A stretch of DNA of 64,000 nucleotides. It comes from Dudresnaya verticillata (lineage: Eukaryota). This document shows positions 24,317-37,530 of the stretch, piece after piece (position 1 is the stretch's first letter; every line of letters starts with the position of its first letter). The stretch is from assembly GCA_977862235.1 (NCBI GenBank), contig OZ374559.1, positions 310,001 to 374,000 of the forward strand, in the 5' to 3' direction. Made by a program: the position numbers and the translations under genes. The notes under the pieces were generated by a model that was given only the letters and a program-made list of their open reading frames with translations, searched no databases and was not told the origin of the DNA.

Positions 24317-25883
24317 TCATCGTTCTCGTCTCCCCCGCTTATTGTAGCTTGTCCTCCGAGTCGACTCGATCGTGCATTTGCACTCACTAATATCCGGAAT
24401 GTACTGTTTTAACGCTTTCTCTCCAAAACATCGTTGCGGATAGCCCTTGGCAAAGCAAATTATGCCCGACATTGCCACCTTAGCTCTTTCACTTACTCTG
24501 ACATGGTCTCCAGACAGCCCTTTTGCCCACGAAGCATCCTTTCTAATGCATCTTGAGAGTGCGACATACACCATTCCATTAGGCCTCCATGCTCTCATTC
24601 CAGAAAAGTCAACCGCTACGCTATCGAGAGTCATTCCTTGACTTCGATGGATCATCATCGCATACGCGACAAGAAAGGGAAGTTTTACCATGGTTCCAGC
24701 AACGCTAGTATCCTAGTTGTGCACCGTGAAGCTCATCGGTTGCACGCAGATAGACTGTGTACCCATCAAACGAGAAGTTTGCGAAAATGAGCTAGGGAGT
24801 GGCAATAGGGTGACGGATAAATGCTTCGCGTCGAGCTGTCTTCTACTATCACGTCCGTATATAGGTGAGCTCGCCGCAATTCTGACGATATCCGTGACAA
24901 GGAATCGAGGTCCTGGGTTTTTAAGTCGCCACATTTTCGAGTCAGCACGACTAAACAATTCTTCCTTGTTACCAATCTTACCGGGGCAACGTCTTCCAAA
25001 CGCTTCGTCACTGAGTCTGATGGTTGCCTGTCGTATGAGGCCGCACCAATGCAAACAAAATCAGGGCCTTCTAGATTCTTCAGCTCTCTTCCATTGACAC
25101 CGGCAACCTCTACCTTCTTTAGGCATAGACGCGTGGAACCGTTAGGCAGAGCATTGCATGACGCGGCGTTTGTTGCATTTAGCTGAACAATATCAGATTA
25201 ATGCGGTGAGCCGTACCGAAATCTCTGTAGCACAGAGTAGAATATACTTTCCTCGCTCTGGCGATGGTTATGGTCTAGCCACACAATAGCTCCATTTCCA
25301 TACCATGTGAATAGTAGAAACCAAGCCCGAGATTGGAAGAATGTTTGAAAGTAACACTTTGTGTGTTCAACACCAGAGGGTTCCAGCCGAAAGGGATCAC
25401 CAGCGGTTATGAGTTGTCTTCCACCCATTGGCAATGCGGCGTCCTCCTCCCGCGATGTAAGTCTACGAAGCACATATAGTCAATTGCTTCAATTTCGTTC
25501 CCTTTAATGAGAGACTCATCACTGATTAAGCACTTGATCTCCCTCAAAATACCGCATAGTCGTCGATTTGCAGATACCTTCTCCCAAAGATGTATCTTTG
25601 ACCATTCCCAGGAACAATGACCGGAAAATAGGGAGTGAATTGTACATCCATTGAGATTGGACGCAGTAACATTGCTCAGTGCACACACCGCAACTTGCAT
25701 GTGACGACTGGTGCTTGACCGTGCGCGTCTCACAATTTCTTTCAAAGCATGAGTCTTTCCAGACCCCGCCCTGCTCAGAATAGCCACACTCCTTCCCTTG
25801 TGAAAGGCCCTGATAGCGTTGGTCTGCGAGCGATCAAGTGCTATCCCGCTGCTTTGCTTTGACTGTACCGGATAAACCTCCAT
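24317..25883 (-). pseudogene. PIF1: PIF1-family SF1B DNA helicase
   Basis: SRAGSGKT, ASNLNGCTIHSLF, CLISDE, GGRQLITAGDPFRLEP, HNHRQ, LVAYAMMIHRSQGMTLD, VYVALSRC; frameshifts present. Confidence 0.88.
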
Positions 25884-26989
25884 GATACTGAAGTATGAGC
25901 CGAGGATATCCTAATATTGGTTGCGGCTGCCGCCTGGTCTGGACTGGGCTCAAGCTCAAAACAGATCTGTAGGGGGGCCAAGTTACAAGCAGTCCAGGAG
26001 ACGGGTATCCGGGTAGCTCAGGCCGTCTCGAAAAGACTCCTTCCCGCGGAAAGCACGGCGCGAAATTGCGCAAATTTTCAGTTGTAAATATCACCATCTT
26101 CAGCACTGGTGGGTGCCTCTAATCTAAGCTGCTTGAGGATGACATATGACGGCACAGCAGATTTGATATCACATCTGTTGTAAGCTAGGCGGTATTTATG
26201 TTGGAGCTGCCACACAGTCTGGTATCAACCAATCCCCTAATTTTTTAAACCGTCCGATAAACGTTTGACGCTTTGTAAGAAGCTCCAAGTTCACGAACCA
26301 ATCCTAAGCTTAGGATGAGCTTATGCAAGTAGCTGCTCAAATTTTGTAATGGTATTGGTCCACAAGTAGTCAAGGATTGTTTGCCGCTGCTGCACGCGCA
26401 AACGCAAAAGACAACTTCTAGTCCAGCAATGCCACAAATCGAGCGCGAGCTCACGCTAGTGTGAAATAAATGCATTCCTGGTACCTTAAACTTCTTTCAT
26501 CGCAAATCTGTCGCGGAGTACCGCACAGCGCATATCGAAAAGTATCGCAAAGAATATGTACCTCAAGTCATATGACTGTGGTCCGTACCCCTTTCACACA
26601 TAATAGTGCACCAAACCAGATAGAGCACTCTCATATCATTTCTAGAGACATCACAGGGCACTTGCCTGTGTACATTGTGTGTTTTCCAGTGTGGCGGAGA
26701 AAAGCGGACCGACTTGTTGATAGCACAATTTATCCGTATACTTCGGCCGCAAATACGCGCTTGTTGTGTTCACATATCCCGTCATGAGCAAGAATTGCTT
26801 GTAGGCAACCTTGGTTTCAATATGATGCGGAATAGCGTATCATTTCCTGGGTATGTTGGCCGCGCGGCGCCTTCCGAAGCAGCCTGTCTCCAAAATATAT
26901 TTCCATGACCGACACAACTGTTGAATATCAATTCACAGACAACAGGTCTGAGACATACTATTGTAGGTTACCAAGTCTGTGAGTAACAG

Positions 26990-27054
26990 TTTCACAGCCA
27001 TAGTGACCTCGAACACAATTTCACAGCCATAGTGACCTCGAGCACAATTTCACA
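26990..27054 (+). repeat. 29-bp tandem repeat x2.2 containing TTTCACAG
   Basis: tttcacagccatagtgacctcga(a/g)cacaa twice. Confidence 0.9.
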
Positions 27055-27305
27055 TACAATAGAGCTGCGTAATTAGGTGCATGCGAATGAATGCCTGCAT
27101 ATTCTTTCCCGTGTTGAAAACCGTCTGTGAACCATGCATTTTCCAGAAAACGATACTGCCAGTACCTTCGAAGCCACGGCCAAGATGATTGAAAAGGGTA
27201 AGCCTTCTACCGTCTCCTTCCGTCACCATTGATTAAGGGTCTTCACTGTCTGAGATCTGGCCAACGTCCCAAATAAACTGAACAAATGTTGAAGCTGAAA
27301 CACTT

Positions 27306-29368
27306 CTACAAAAAGTGATGGCCAAGTAAATTCTGGCAGGAGGGAAGCTCATACCAATCCGAATACGGGTAGTGAAAAGTGGCACCTCCAGGCCTTTCTG
27401 GATTCATTCTAAAATCACACAGAGTTACTGCCCTCGCAATGTTCATCTCAGATTTCCGACCAGCGCTGGATCTTCTTTTCTTCCGCCCGAGTGCAAAACT
27501 TTCAACATCAGGTTCTTCCCAAGGTCTATCATCCACCATAATAGATGTTGCTATGAAACTGGAAGCCGTACCAGATTCTTCCATGTACGCGAATGGACCT
27601 TTACCTAAGGCCCTTTTGATGGCATCTTTCTTCCATAAAACGACCTCAGATTCACAGTCGTGTAGGGAGTCAGGAGCCGCATCCATGGCCACCTGCGATA
27701 CAGTTGAGAACCTAGTAGCAATGTCGCCTTCCCCGACCTTCCTTGCTTTGAAGAATCGATTTTCTGGGTGGACGGATCCTTCACCAACCTCAATTTCCCT
27801 GCCATCCACCTTCTAAATGAATCAACAGTCCCGTCGTTGGTCTAACGCGCACCTCTTTGGACCTCTGCATACACATGTCATGTCACTGGTTTCCATCTCC
27901 CCGTGATTCGCCTTCTTCTTTACCTTCCGAGCACCACCATTACTCCTTCTCTTTGAATCCTTCGGTATCCCCTTTTGCTTTCCCCTTGGCCGCTTTGTGT
28001 AAATCCTCTAAATCCGGCAGGAATTCTGGAAGGCAATTCCTTGCTTTGCTATCTCAAGCAACGCCCTGCCAGCACTTCCCTCCATTCTGTGGTGCAGTGC
28101 CCCGGGACCGTGTTTTCGCGCGGCCGCCCGCTGGAGTACACGCGAACACGTGCACGTTTACACGCGCACACGCGCCCCGACAATATCCGAGGGAGTCCTC
28201 GATCGGGTGCGCGCCAGCAATGCGCACCCTTGTATTACACTGATTTACAGTGCGAGCGTAGTAATTCTACGCAGATAGTTTAGCCTGTCACATAGCGCGA
28301 TATTTTAGCGAGCTCGCGGGCGTGCGCCCGACAAGTGGCAGGCGCGTAGCGCCTGACATGCTCGCGCACCTCCCCGCGAGAGTACTTAGTATACGGGGCA
28401 AATCCCCCCCTCAGTAAATCGCCAAATGGGTGCTTGAATTCTGGGTACCCCCATCCTCGCTACCGGTGACGACACCGCTTGAGGCTTGGGCTACGTAAAC
28501 CGCTTCACACCGGCACGCACCGCGTTTGCTACTGGACGCTCTTGTTTGGCGGTTTTTGTACGTACATGGTGAACCACTCCAGCTCGGTCGGGGCTGTACA
28601 GTCGACCCGACCGTGCTCTACCTACCATCCGGGGAACACCCCGTGTACCACATCTCTACCACCCCCGGTGCCGGTCTCACCGCCGGCGCCAGCTACCACC
28701 CGTGGGAGGACCACTTCGGACACCGGTCAGGGCAACCCCTGCTGCTCGGGCGTTGCACTACACATTCCAGGTGTCATCAGATTCGTGCAAAGGGCAGCAA
28801 AAGTCTGGGTTTTGGTATTCCTGTCCGGTTTCTTGATGTCCATCTTCACGTAGAGCGTTTCAAGTTCCTCACAGTCTCCTATTTCCCCGTCACTTCCAAT
28901 CCAAGGTGCGAAAGAAGCGGTCGTAACTTTAAGTACTTTTCCACGAACGCTCTCTGGAATTAGGGAGTTGTAAACAAGCTCACCACCCGTATTGATTTCC
29001 TCTGGCGCAACAATCGTATCGCCTGAGTCAGTCCCTGTAACTTTCTGAGCTACGTGCCTCACTTCTATGTCACGTAACTTTTGCACAGCCCAAACCAACT
29101 CATTAACATGCAGGTCCTTGTAGCTGTAGTACTTAGTCCGAATCGGGTGTGTGATGTGACGTCCACCATCTAGTAACAGAGATGTACACTGGGCAGAAAA
29201 CTCTATCGCAACCTCCACATCAAACCCAGATTGTTGATATACCTCCTTTTCCTCTGTAACTTTTACCGAAGTAAGCTTCTCAAAATGGTTTCCAAGCGAA
29301 GCTGAAGAAGGCAAACGCTGTCCATGGCCCGTGGTTACACGCGAGTTCGAAGTACTTCCGGCCTCCAC
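27306..29368 (-). pseudogene. Unknown gene split by a solo LTR; C-terminus weakly TNP1/DUF8039-like
   Basis: Removing the LTR and one TSD rejoins ...NLMTPGM to EGSAGRALLEIAKQG... in the frame of ORF 27306-27809 (EVGEGSVHP..YPYS). Confidence 0.45.
28088..28762. mobile_element. Solo LTR, 5-bp TSD CATTC; same family as 22474-23312
   Basis: TGTGGTGCA...TGCACTACA termini; CATTC at 28083-28087 and 28763-28767; collinear similarity to the first solo LTR. Confidence 0.88.
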
Positions 29369-31694
29369 ACTCGTACTGGACCCTTCTTTCCTTGAGCGTT
29401 TCGTGGGATGTAGAGGTGTTTTTTGGACTCTGCACTACGCAAATTGCGTATATGTACATCTGAAGGTCCATCTTGGAAACTGTTGCCACGGCGGGAGTTC
29501 CCGATCGGCAGTTGCGTTCTCCCAGGTTGGCTCCGTTCATCTTCATTGGGACTTGTTACGTTATGATCTTCAAGCCTATTCGCACTGTACTCACCTTGTA
29601 CAAGGCGCACTTGCAGCCGCCGGTACATAGGGAGCAGCAGAACCAGGTACTCCCCATATGCGGAAGATCTTCCCTAATGCTGCTTCAGGGCTACGTCCCA
29701 TCTCGAACTCACCGCCATCAGTTGGACTATATGCCTTTAAACATACCAGAACCTTCAGTTTTCCGATTCCTGCCTTGTCCTTACTGACATTTTCCACCCA
29801 TCTTGCACACTCAATTATCATTGTTAATGTCGACACAAATGGCGATAAACTAGCAGGAACCCCGTTGCTGCAATCATGTCCACACATCCGCCGTAGACAT
29901 GGCACTAATATTTCCAGTACATTCATACCCGGGCGGCCGTAGGTACAAACCTTAATCTTCGAATTTGTATACGAAGGTCCGGTTACAACCAATGTGCAGC
30001 CGAACTGCACATGGAAGAAAGGAGGTAAGAAAATCCAGGGGTGTTTGCCGTGGGAGCGCGCGCAAGACGCAAACAAATCAGTAGTGTTAGCAACAAAGTG
30101 AAATACAAGGAGCAGTCAGTTTGGACAGAAATATCTCGTGCGTGAGATACTGCAGATGCAAAAGCAGTAACGCAATCTTGTTTGGTGGACAGAATCTGTA
30201 GCGTCAAAACCGATCGCTTGTTTCGAAACAAGCATGCGGATACCTCTAGATTGGCAATATCAGGGTACAATCGGCACGTCACGCATATGCAATTCCTGCG
30301 CGTAGACGTCTGGAACATCAATATGCTACCCTTTTCTGCAACAAGACTTCTTGAAAACGGTGATCACCGTACGGCAGCAATACTGAGGACTGCTATGAGG
30401 GTGGGGATGAAGAAAGGTTGCAACACCGGGGGCGTAGTATCAGGTTTTCCAGACGTCTTCTCTGACCACGCGACATTCGAGGAAACAAAGTAGACCCCTG
30501 CCCCTTGATTTGCGCAACTGAGCCGTGTTTCAAAATTGCATTTTCGCAAAGTTTTAGAACCATGGGTATCATGCTCACCGTGCACGGCTGCAGTGAGCCC
30601 AGAAATTGATTTCCTGAACCAAGTGCAAAAATGAAGATATTTCTCATCTGAACAGCACTGGGAACGTTGTTTCTCAAGCACATGCGCAATCTACAGATTT
30701 GCACAATAAAAGATCCCACAATACATATTGTACTACGTGCTGTAGTACTACAACCATCCCATTAGTTGCCAAAAGGCCATTCATGAGGTCCTCGAGGCAC
30801 GCGGATCTGCGGGGCCCCGCAGGGCATGCGTGTGACCGCATGTTCCATTTCGGCGCGATTCGCATTTCATAATTAAGGAAGAAGCTTCTTCCTACACAGA
30901 TCCTTCCTAGCACAGAGTAGCAGAAGCCAAAAGTTTCATAGGGGATCCCCTCAAGCTGAAGCGTATACATTACAGCATACGGTTCTCGGATTGAGGCGCG
31001 AAGCGTGTGCCGCAATGCGCCGTACATCCAGCGTAAGCATTTATGAACAGTCACTAGGTTTGAAGGTGCAGAGTTCAGTCTAACACAGAGTGAATAATTA
31101 TGAGACTGCACTCCTGTGCTCTTAGCAACCCGAGTTATTTATTACTGAAGCATATGGCCCTATATCATAACCCTGATTTCTGAAACAATAAGTCTGATGT
31201 ACATTCTTTTGTAAAGCAGTAAATCTGAAAATATTATTTTCAGAAGCCCAAAGTCAGAACATGTTCCTTTCTGAAGCTAAAGGTTTTTGGAATAGGTTTT
31301 TGGCCAACAAGGGCTCTGAATTGAATTCCTGAGCCCCAGGGTCGCCGAAGCAGTTTTCCGATCCAAAACGCCCTGTAAACATAAGATCGCAGACATTTCG
31401 TTACGACAATCGACTGTATTTCACATATGAAATCACAAAGCGAACGAAACTGCTTTATTGGTCATGTACGCACGCTCCCACGGATAACTACTCTGTACAA
31501 CACGGACATGTCAGTTGGAGGGAACAGAAGTACGCTCAGTGAATATCAGGTTCAGAAACATCCAGTGGTCTACCATTGCACAGTGGAGATGGTTTCGCTT
31601 TGGCTTTCAAGCTTAGAATGCAGACTTTATATGCCAGTGAAGCTATGTAGAACTCCTGGGAACAATAGCGGAGACTCATTTCGATTTCCGAAAT

Positions 31695-34600
31695 TCATAG
31701 ATTCCTCTGCTCATGGGCGACCATATTATACATGTTCATGTTATCGTGCGATGTAGGGACGTAACTGGGCGAGCAATTGTGATTGAGAGCATGAATGGAA
31801 TCGGACGTTATGGTTGTGTCCTCTATGGCCCACCAAAGAGTATGCGCTGCGATATCGTATAATCCGCAAGCAAAGTCGTAGATAATATGTCGAAGTAGAT
31901 GTGGAAACCGTGAAACGATGACATCCAATACAGACCTGGGCCCTTCATTCTTCTCAAGCACCTTGAACCCCATGATAATAAGAGATGAACAAGAGCAGCA
32001 GAATGTCAACGCGCTGGGCGTGTAACTCTTATTCTTCTGAAAGTAACTTTTGGCGCAGACACCAAAGAAATCCTCTTGAGATATACCCTTTAACTCGTCA
32101 TTAAACGGCATCGGACGCACTTGAGGGGGGACAGGAAAGAAAACTCCTCTTCTACATGCTGATGCATACTGATTGTCAATATTGGCTTCAAGCCTATTGG
32201 CAAGGTTAATTCCCAAGTATTTGGCCCTCAGTGGCTCAAATTCAGCGCTTAGCCAGTCTGTTGCGAAACTGGAAGCTTTGCAGGCTCCCGGTGGCAATGC
32301 AATATAGAATTGATAAAATTCCCTTACCCGTCTCGCTACGTCATGAAGCGATTTCCCTACATGTTTCAACAGAAATTTGGACACGTTTTCAAACAACAAA
32401 GCCGCGGAGACACCGCCGCGCAGTATACGTAAAAACCTTAGCACATTATCATCTTTGGCCTGACTCCTCTGTGCAATCGGAACGGTTGCCCCCTTCAGAT
32501 TTTCTTTCACTGTTTCTATTCCTCCAATGCAAGCGTTGGCTACAGTAGATAGACTTTGCAGCTGCTTCTTCGTCAAAAGCTGAGTACATGGGGCCTGCAC
32601 TAATGCCTTAAAAATATGAACAAGTCATGTCGGCAGTCCCTTAGGACTTCTTCTTCCTCGCCTCGATCTGATGTGAAGCAGTTCTTCCACGGCAAACCTT
32701 GAGTATCAGAACCATTAGCAACGCTATCCCTTGAAATACACACAGTGACAGTTTCCTTAACCGCTTCATGCGCAGCTGTCATCGCATTCCTGTTATTGCG
32801 CTGGCATACCCTCATGAGGTACTTCAGAAGCACCCTGCACAGACGTAGAAGCATCATCTCTCCAGCAAAAATAGAAGTTGTGAGCTCTCGAATCCTTTTC
32901 AGTACGCACTCTGCAATGTCATCGCTACAGTCACCGCCGTTTCTACCACATATGGACTCCTGGTAGCAGCTGCTTGGAAGAACAGAGGGGTCAATTAGAC
33001 GAACTACTGACACACATGCCGATACAGTTTGCCCAGTAATGGAAATTGAGGAGCCCTCTATAGCGGAGACAAGTAAGAGCGCGGTCCGTTGCCGGCGAAG
33101 CAGTCCGGGAAGCGGACGTTTTCTCGTAGCATTTCGACAGACTGCCGGAGACACGTGTAGTGCCTCGCAAGGTTGGGACGCATTTGTAAACTTCCTCTGC
33201 AACCTTTTCTGATACCCACTCCAAGTGCCATCTGCGCAAATTGCGTGCATCCGTCCAGGTGCCTCACATGTGTTGCACTGAAACAAACTTCGCGGTGGGG
33301 CAACAACACTCAACTTGCACACCACGCAAAGTTTCTGAATCAACCTTGCACAACGCCACCCGTGCTGGCTTTCCAACAATCCCGCCTCATCAGACATCTT
33401 TCTCTGAGTCCTTTCGCACGAGACATTTCTAACAAGAGGTGGTACATGCTGCCGTGCAGCCCCGGGTGGTTGTGATGAATCATTATGAGCATCCTGCATC
33501 GAACGGGAGGCGGGTGCATCATATACTTCTAAAACAAAAAGCCCATCTCGGGCATTCCTGTCAACTTGTTTCTTGAATTGCAGCTCTGGTGTCAACGTAG
33601 AGTCACGCTGCAACCAAATACCTGGTATTAAATCCGCACTTATGGCAGAGAGCATTGTGGAGTGACACTGATGTATGCGCCCGTTAACAGTTCCATTCGT
33701 CAAAGACACACTTGTCCGTATGTCTCGGAGTACCACATGTGTAGCTGCAGAAGATAACGTCAGAAGCAATATGCCATGGTCCCGCCACTCGGAATGAATC
33801 TTAGAATTGCAAGACAGGCTGCTGCACTAAAACAACTCTGTATGCATTCGGCAAGATCTGGCCGAGAATAAAGAATGCCTTCCTGAAGTTTCCTGCTGCT
33901 TTCAGAAGGTAGACTGTTGCATGCCATACATATCTTTGGAGCCTTGACGAGAAATGCGGCACACTTCTGTGACAGCTGCAACACTTCCCTGTCAACTCGA
34001 ATGCTCCTTGCAAGTTGACATTTGAAACTGGAAAGTGGAATATCAAGTGTAGGTCGAGCATGGGATTCCAATCCGGGCCGTGTTGCAAAGCTCTCGGACG
34101 CTATTGTGGTCCGTCCCTTTCACTGCCGTTCACCGGTCCTCCATGAGTATCTAACGAATGGAATAAAGTGACATGCTGACAACTAGTCGTCTTCGACAAA
34201 TTGCAGAAAGCACATATCCTGTGCTCCCCATTCCGCATCGTGCGCCTTATCGGAATATATACAAGCTCATCTGGTGATAGTGGATCCGCTCTAGCAATAA
34301 CAGATATCGCTGCTCAATGTTGGTTCCACAGATGAGGACGGTCGACCATGAATACAGCGCATTCCACATCGACAAACGTACTCTTGCATATTTCATTTAA
34401 CGCCAATGCGCATTCCGTTCGTGTAGTAGGCAGATAGCCTGATAAACAGGTTGATATCTCGTCCAGAAGAGATGCAAATGCTCTGGCACGATGACAGCAC
34501 GGATCTTTGAAGGCGTCCAGATTCGTTCGAATACGATAATCGGTATATCCAATGCAAGACAGCGAATGACCCCGCCTTGTCTATCCATATACAGCAGGTG

Positions 34601-34740
34601 TGGCTTTTTCTAGACTTGGATACAACTCCTCGACCGCCTGCTGTATGGTAGGGCAGAGGTGTCACGGTAGGCACTGCGCGCGTGAGATCCGCTATCCTCA
34701 CCGGAAACAGACTCTCCAACAAACGAGAGAACATAGTCAC
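31695..34740 (-). pseudogene. KDZ (Kyakuja-Dileera-Zisupton)-type transposase with Cys-rich N-terminal clusters
   Basis: ICADGTWSGY; FCCSC..GFKVLEKNEGP; IIYDFACGL; DSIHALNHNCS; NMVAHEQRN; upstream CxxC clusters; several stops and frameshifts. Confidence 0.75.
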
Positions 34741-37267
34741 AATACGAGCCTGACGAATCGGTACAGGACATAGCCATGACCTAGGTACCGATTCGACACC
34801 TAGATGTGAATAGGATTTCGGGAGTGTTTGCCGCTCGCACGCATGTTCGGGTCGGGTTGTCTACGAAAGGTCACGACACAGAACTGAAAGAAACAGACAG
34901 GAAGTGAGGGCCACCAGCATACTAGATCGCAGGACAGGGAGAGAAGAGATGTGTTAGCAATGAGGACTCGGGGAGCAAGCGGGTGCGTGAGGATTGACAG
35001 TACCAACTTGGGGGCTCTAGCAAGATTTCAAGTTCTGTTGCCGGAGAGCTCTTCTGAGAAATACTGTAGGAGATATTTCCTCTCCTCCCTGGACCTGACT
35101 CGAGTGTGAAGGGGGGGAAGCCTCGAGGGGTGAGATCAGATCTCTCTCTGAATGCCTACAGGTGTGAACATACGAACAACATACACATGCGCATGGAGCG
35201 CATCTGGCTGCGACATGATGAGGGCCTGCAATAATACTCGTCAGTAATTTCTGATAATAGCAGTTCGGATTTAATTTGCATCAATGTGCTATTCTTGCGC
35301 ACAGATGGACGCCTTCGGGCGGTAAGAGAACCGTCCCTGACACCCTAAAAAGGCCACTTTAGCCGCATGTTTGTCGTTGTTCCTCCGGCGAGCCCCAACT
35401 AGAGACGCTAATTTGTTTCCGTCTACATCGACATCATCGAAAGGATGTACTGCTTCCAATAGAGCAAGACAAGGTCGGTTAGAAAGCCGAGGTTGGCCTT
35501 AATGTTTCGTAGACGTGATTATACACGCTTTCTTTAAAGAATACGTAGCATTTCGTCTCATATCTCTGTACTTAGATCCTTAATCTTAAAACAAATCGCA
35601 TTTAGACAACCTAGAACTATCCCTACAATGTTATTGTGGTGTTAGTTTTGAAATATCTCCGAAGTCGAAAGTACAATACCCTGTTGTCAATGTTTAGCAA
35701 ACTGCTATAGTTAGCTACATCTTTCTGAACAACAAACTTGGATTTTAACTTTGGGAATTAGATGCCATCCATCCTTTCAGTAGGTCTCAATGAATGTGAA
35801 ATTCATGAATATGAAATACTTTTATTTTGGAATAAAAACCGTTTTCTCCCCGTCGTTCGACTCCGAATATCATTTTGGGTGCTATCCCGATGTTCAGCAT
35901 GCTACAAATTCTCAATTATTCAATAAACGAGTATGAATCGAAATGCAGTACTAAATATTGTATATTTCTGTGTACTAGCGTGGTAAGAGCTGGATTTGGT
36001 GTCCATTCATTTGAGATATCTTAAAAAGTCTCAGAGGTCTGCAAAGAATGATTTGACAGGCCGTAAAACTGAAAAGACTATTTGAACAGACTTTTGAATT
36101 GAGAGAGTAAATTTCACAGTTTTATTGTCTACGAAATTGCATTTCACAGGTTTGGAACGATTACAATCTCCGATCCCACAATTTAGTTTAAGCGCTACTG
36201 CAGCTACAATGTTTACGGGCTTTCATGTAGGCTCTTTCGCGCTTGCAGCATGACCATGATCCCGGAATTGAGCAGCACGAGAGAGGAAATCTAATTACAT
36301 TCAATTAGTACGAACAAAACTATTGTTACAAATGCAACCACGGTCTTTAGACCGTACAACCATGGTCTTTACACCGTATCGGAAACCTAGAAACGGGTGT
36401 TCACAGGTCATAAGTCTGGAAAGGTCAGAAACCCACTGATTTTGGTTTCATTCATTTTATTTCGGTTTTACTTGAAAATCCGCTTAGTTTTTTGATCCAA
36501 TACGATGAGCGCCCCTGGGTGTGTGATGGCCCGGGCCAAGCCCAAACAATACAAGGATCAACTTCAGTGGGCATGTGGATCTAATTTGCCCGACGGGCCT
36601 GCGTGCCGCCGCATTATTTTGGCTGGTGCACTCGCGGCCGGTTCGTGGGCTCGGGTCATACCGGCGACCATGGTGGTCGTCCACGCAAAAGCTTCGTCGA
36701 CCGATGTCGCCCGCGGGCATTCAACAGCAACCGACCCGGCTTCAGAACCAGTAACCTGTACTCTTATTCCCTGTGTGCGCGCGACCAGTCGTATCCTGCA
36801 TCCACATCCCTACTCCCACGCCCACCCCAAACGCCTCACTTTTGTCAGAACTTCTTGCTTCTGCGAGCGTTGGCAAGCACTCACGCTGCAGCGAAAGGTA
36901 AGGCTTGCGTTGGCTGAGCCCGCGCGCGGCCAGCCCCCCGCTGTGTTCACAACAGCAGAGGCTTTCCGCCCAGTCACAGACGCATCACTCTCTTCCCTGC
37001 TCAGTGGCTATTCTGTTTATGCTTTTGCATACGTGCGGCAAACACCCCCGTAATTTCGATACACCTTGTTCCTTGTGGACGTCCACACATCGTACGCTTC
37101 TACAGTGCGCGAGTCATGGACGTATCAGGGTTACGAGAAGATGTGGATGACTCTGTCACACCCATCATCGCGAAGACTGGCCGGCTCAACTCGGAAAAGA
37201 TGGAAGTTCTGCGCAAGAGAAGTGTGCAGGTGACTCACGAGCTACGGGATATCGAGCGAGAAATTGA

Positions 37268-37530
37268 GAAGGAGACTGAGCACCTGAATGTCGCGGACCC
37301 ACCGGCAGACGCAGTGATCGCTTCGAAGCCCGCTGCGCGTTCCACGTAAGCGCAGCTGACGGACTTAGAAGAGGCCCGCAGACAACGGTCTAAGTATCCT
37401 GCTACGCAGAAGGATACTGAGCTCCTGAATGTCGCGGACCCACAGGCAGATGTAGCCAAGCCCGCTGCGTAGTCATCGTTCGCGCAGCTGGCGGAAATAG
37501 AAGAAGCCCGCAGACCGCGGTCCAAGTATC
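37268..37530 (+). repeat. ~140-bp diverged tandem duplication in the putative helicase N-terminus
   Basis: gaagga.actgagc.cctgaatgtcgcggaccca...aagcccgctgcg...gcgcagctg...aagtatc twice. Confidence 0.8.

Noticed and set aside
24317..25883. Helitron RepHel
   Set aside because: No HUH Rep motifs were recognised upstream and no Helitron termini were identified
22474..28762. One LTR retroelement bounded by the two direct repeats and carrying PIF1
   Set aside because: Each repeat has its own distinct 5-bp TSD, they are clearly diverged, and there is no gag/pol between them
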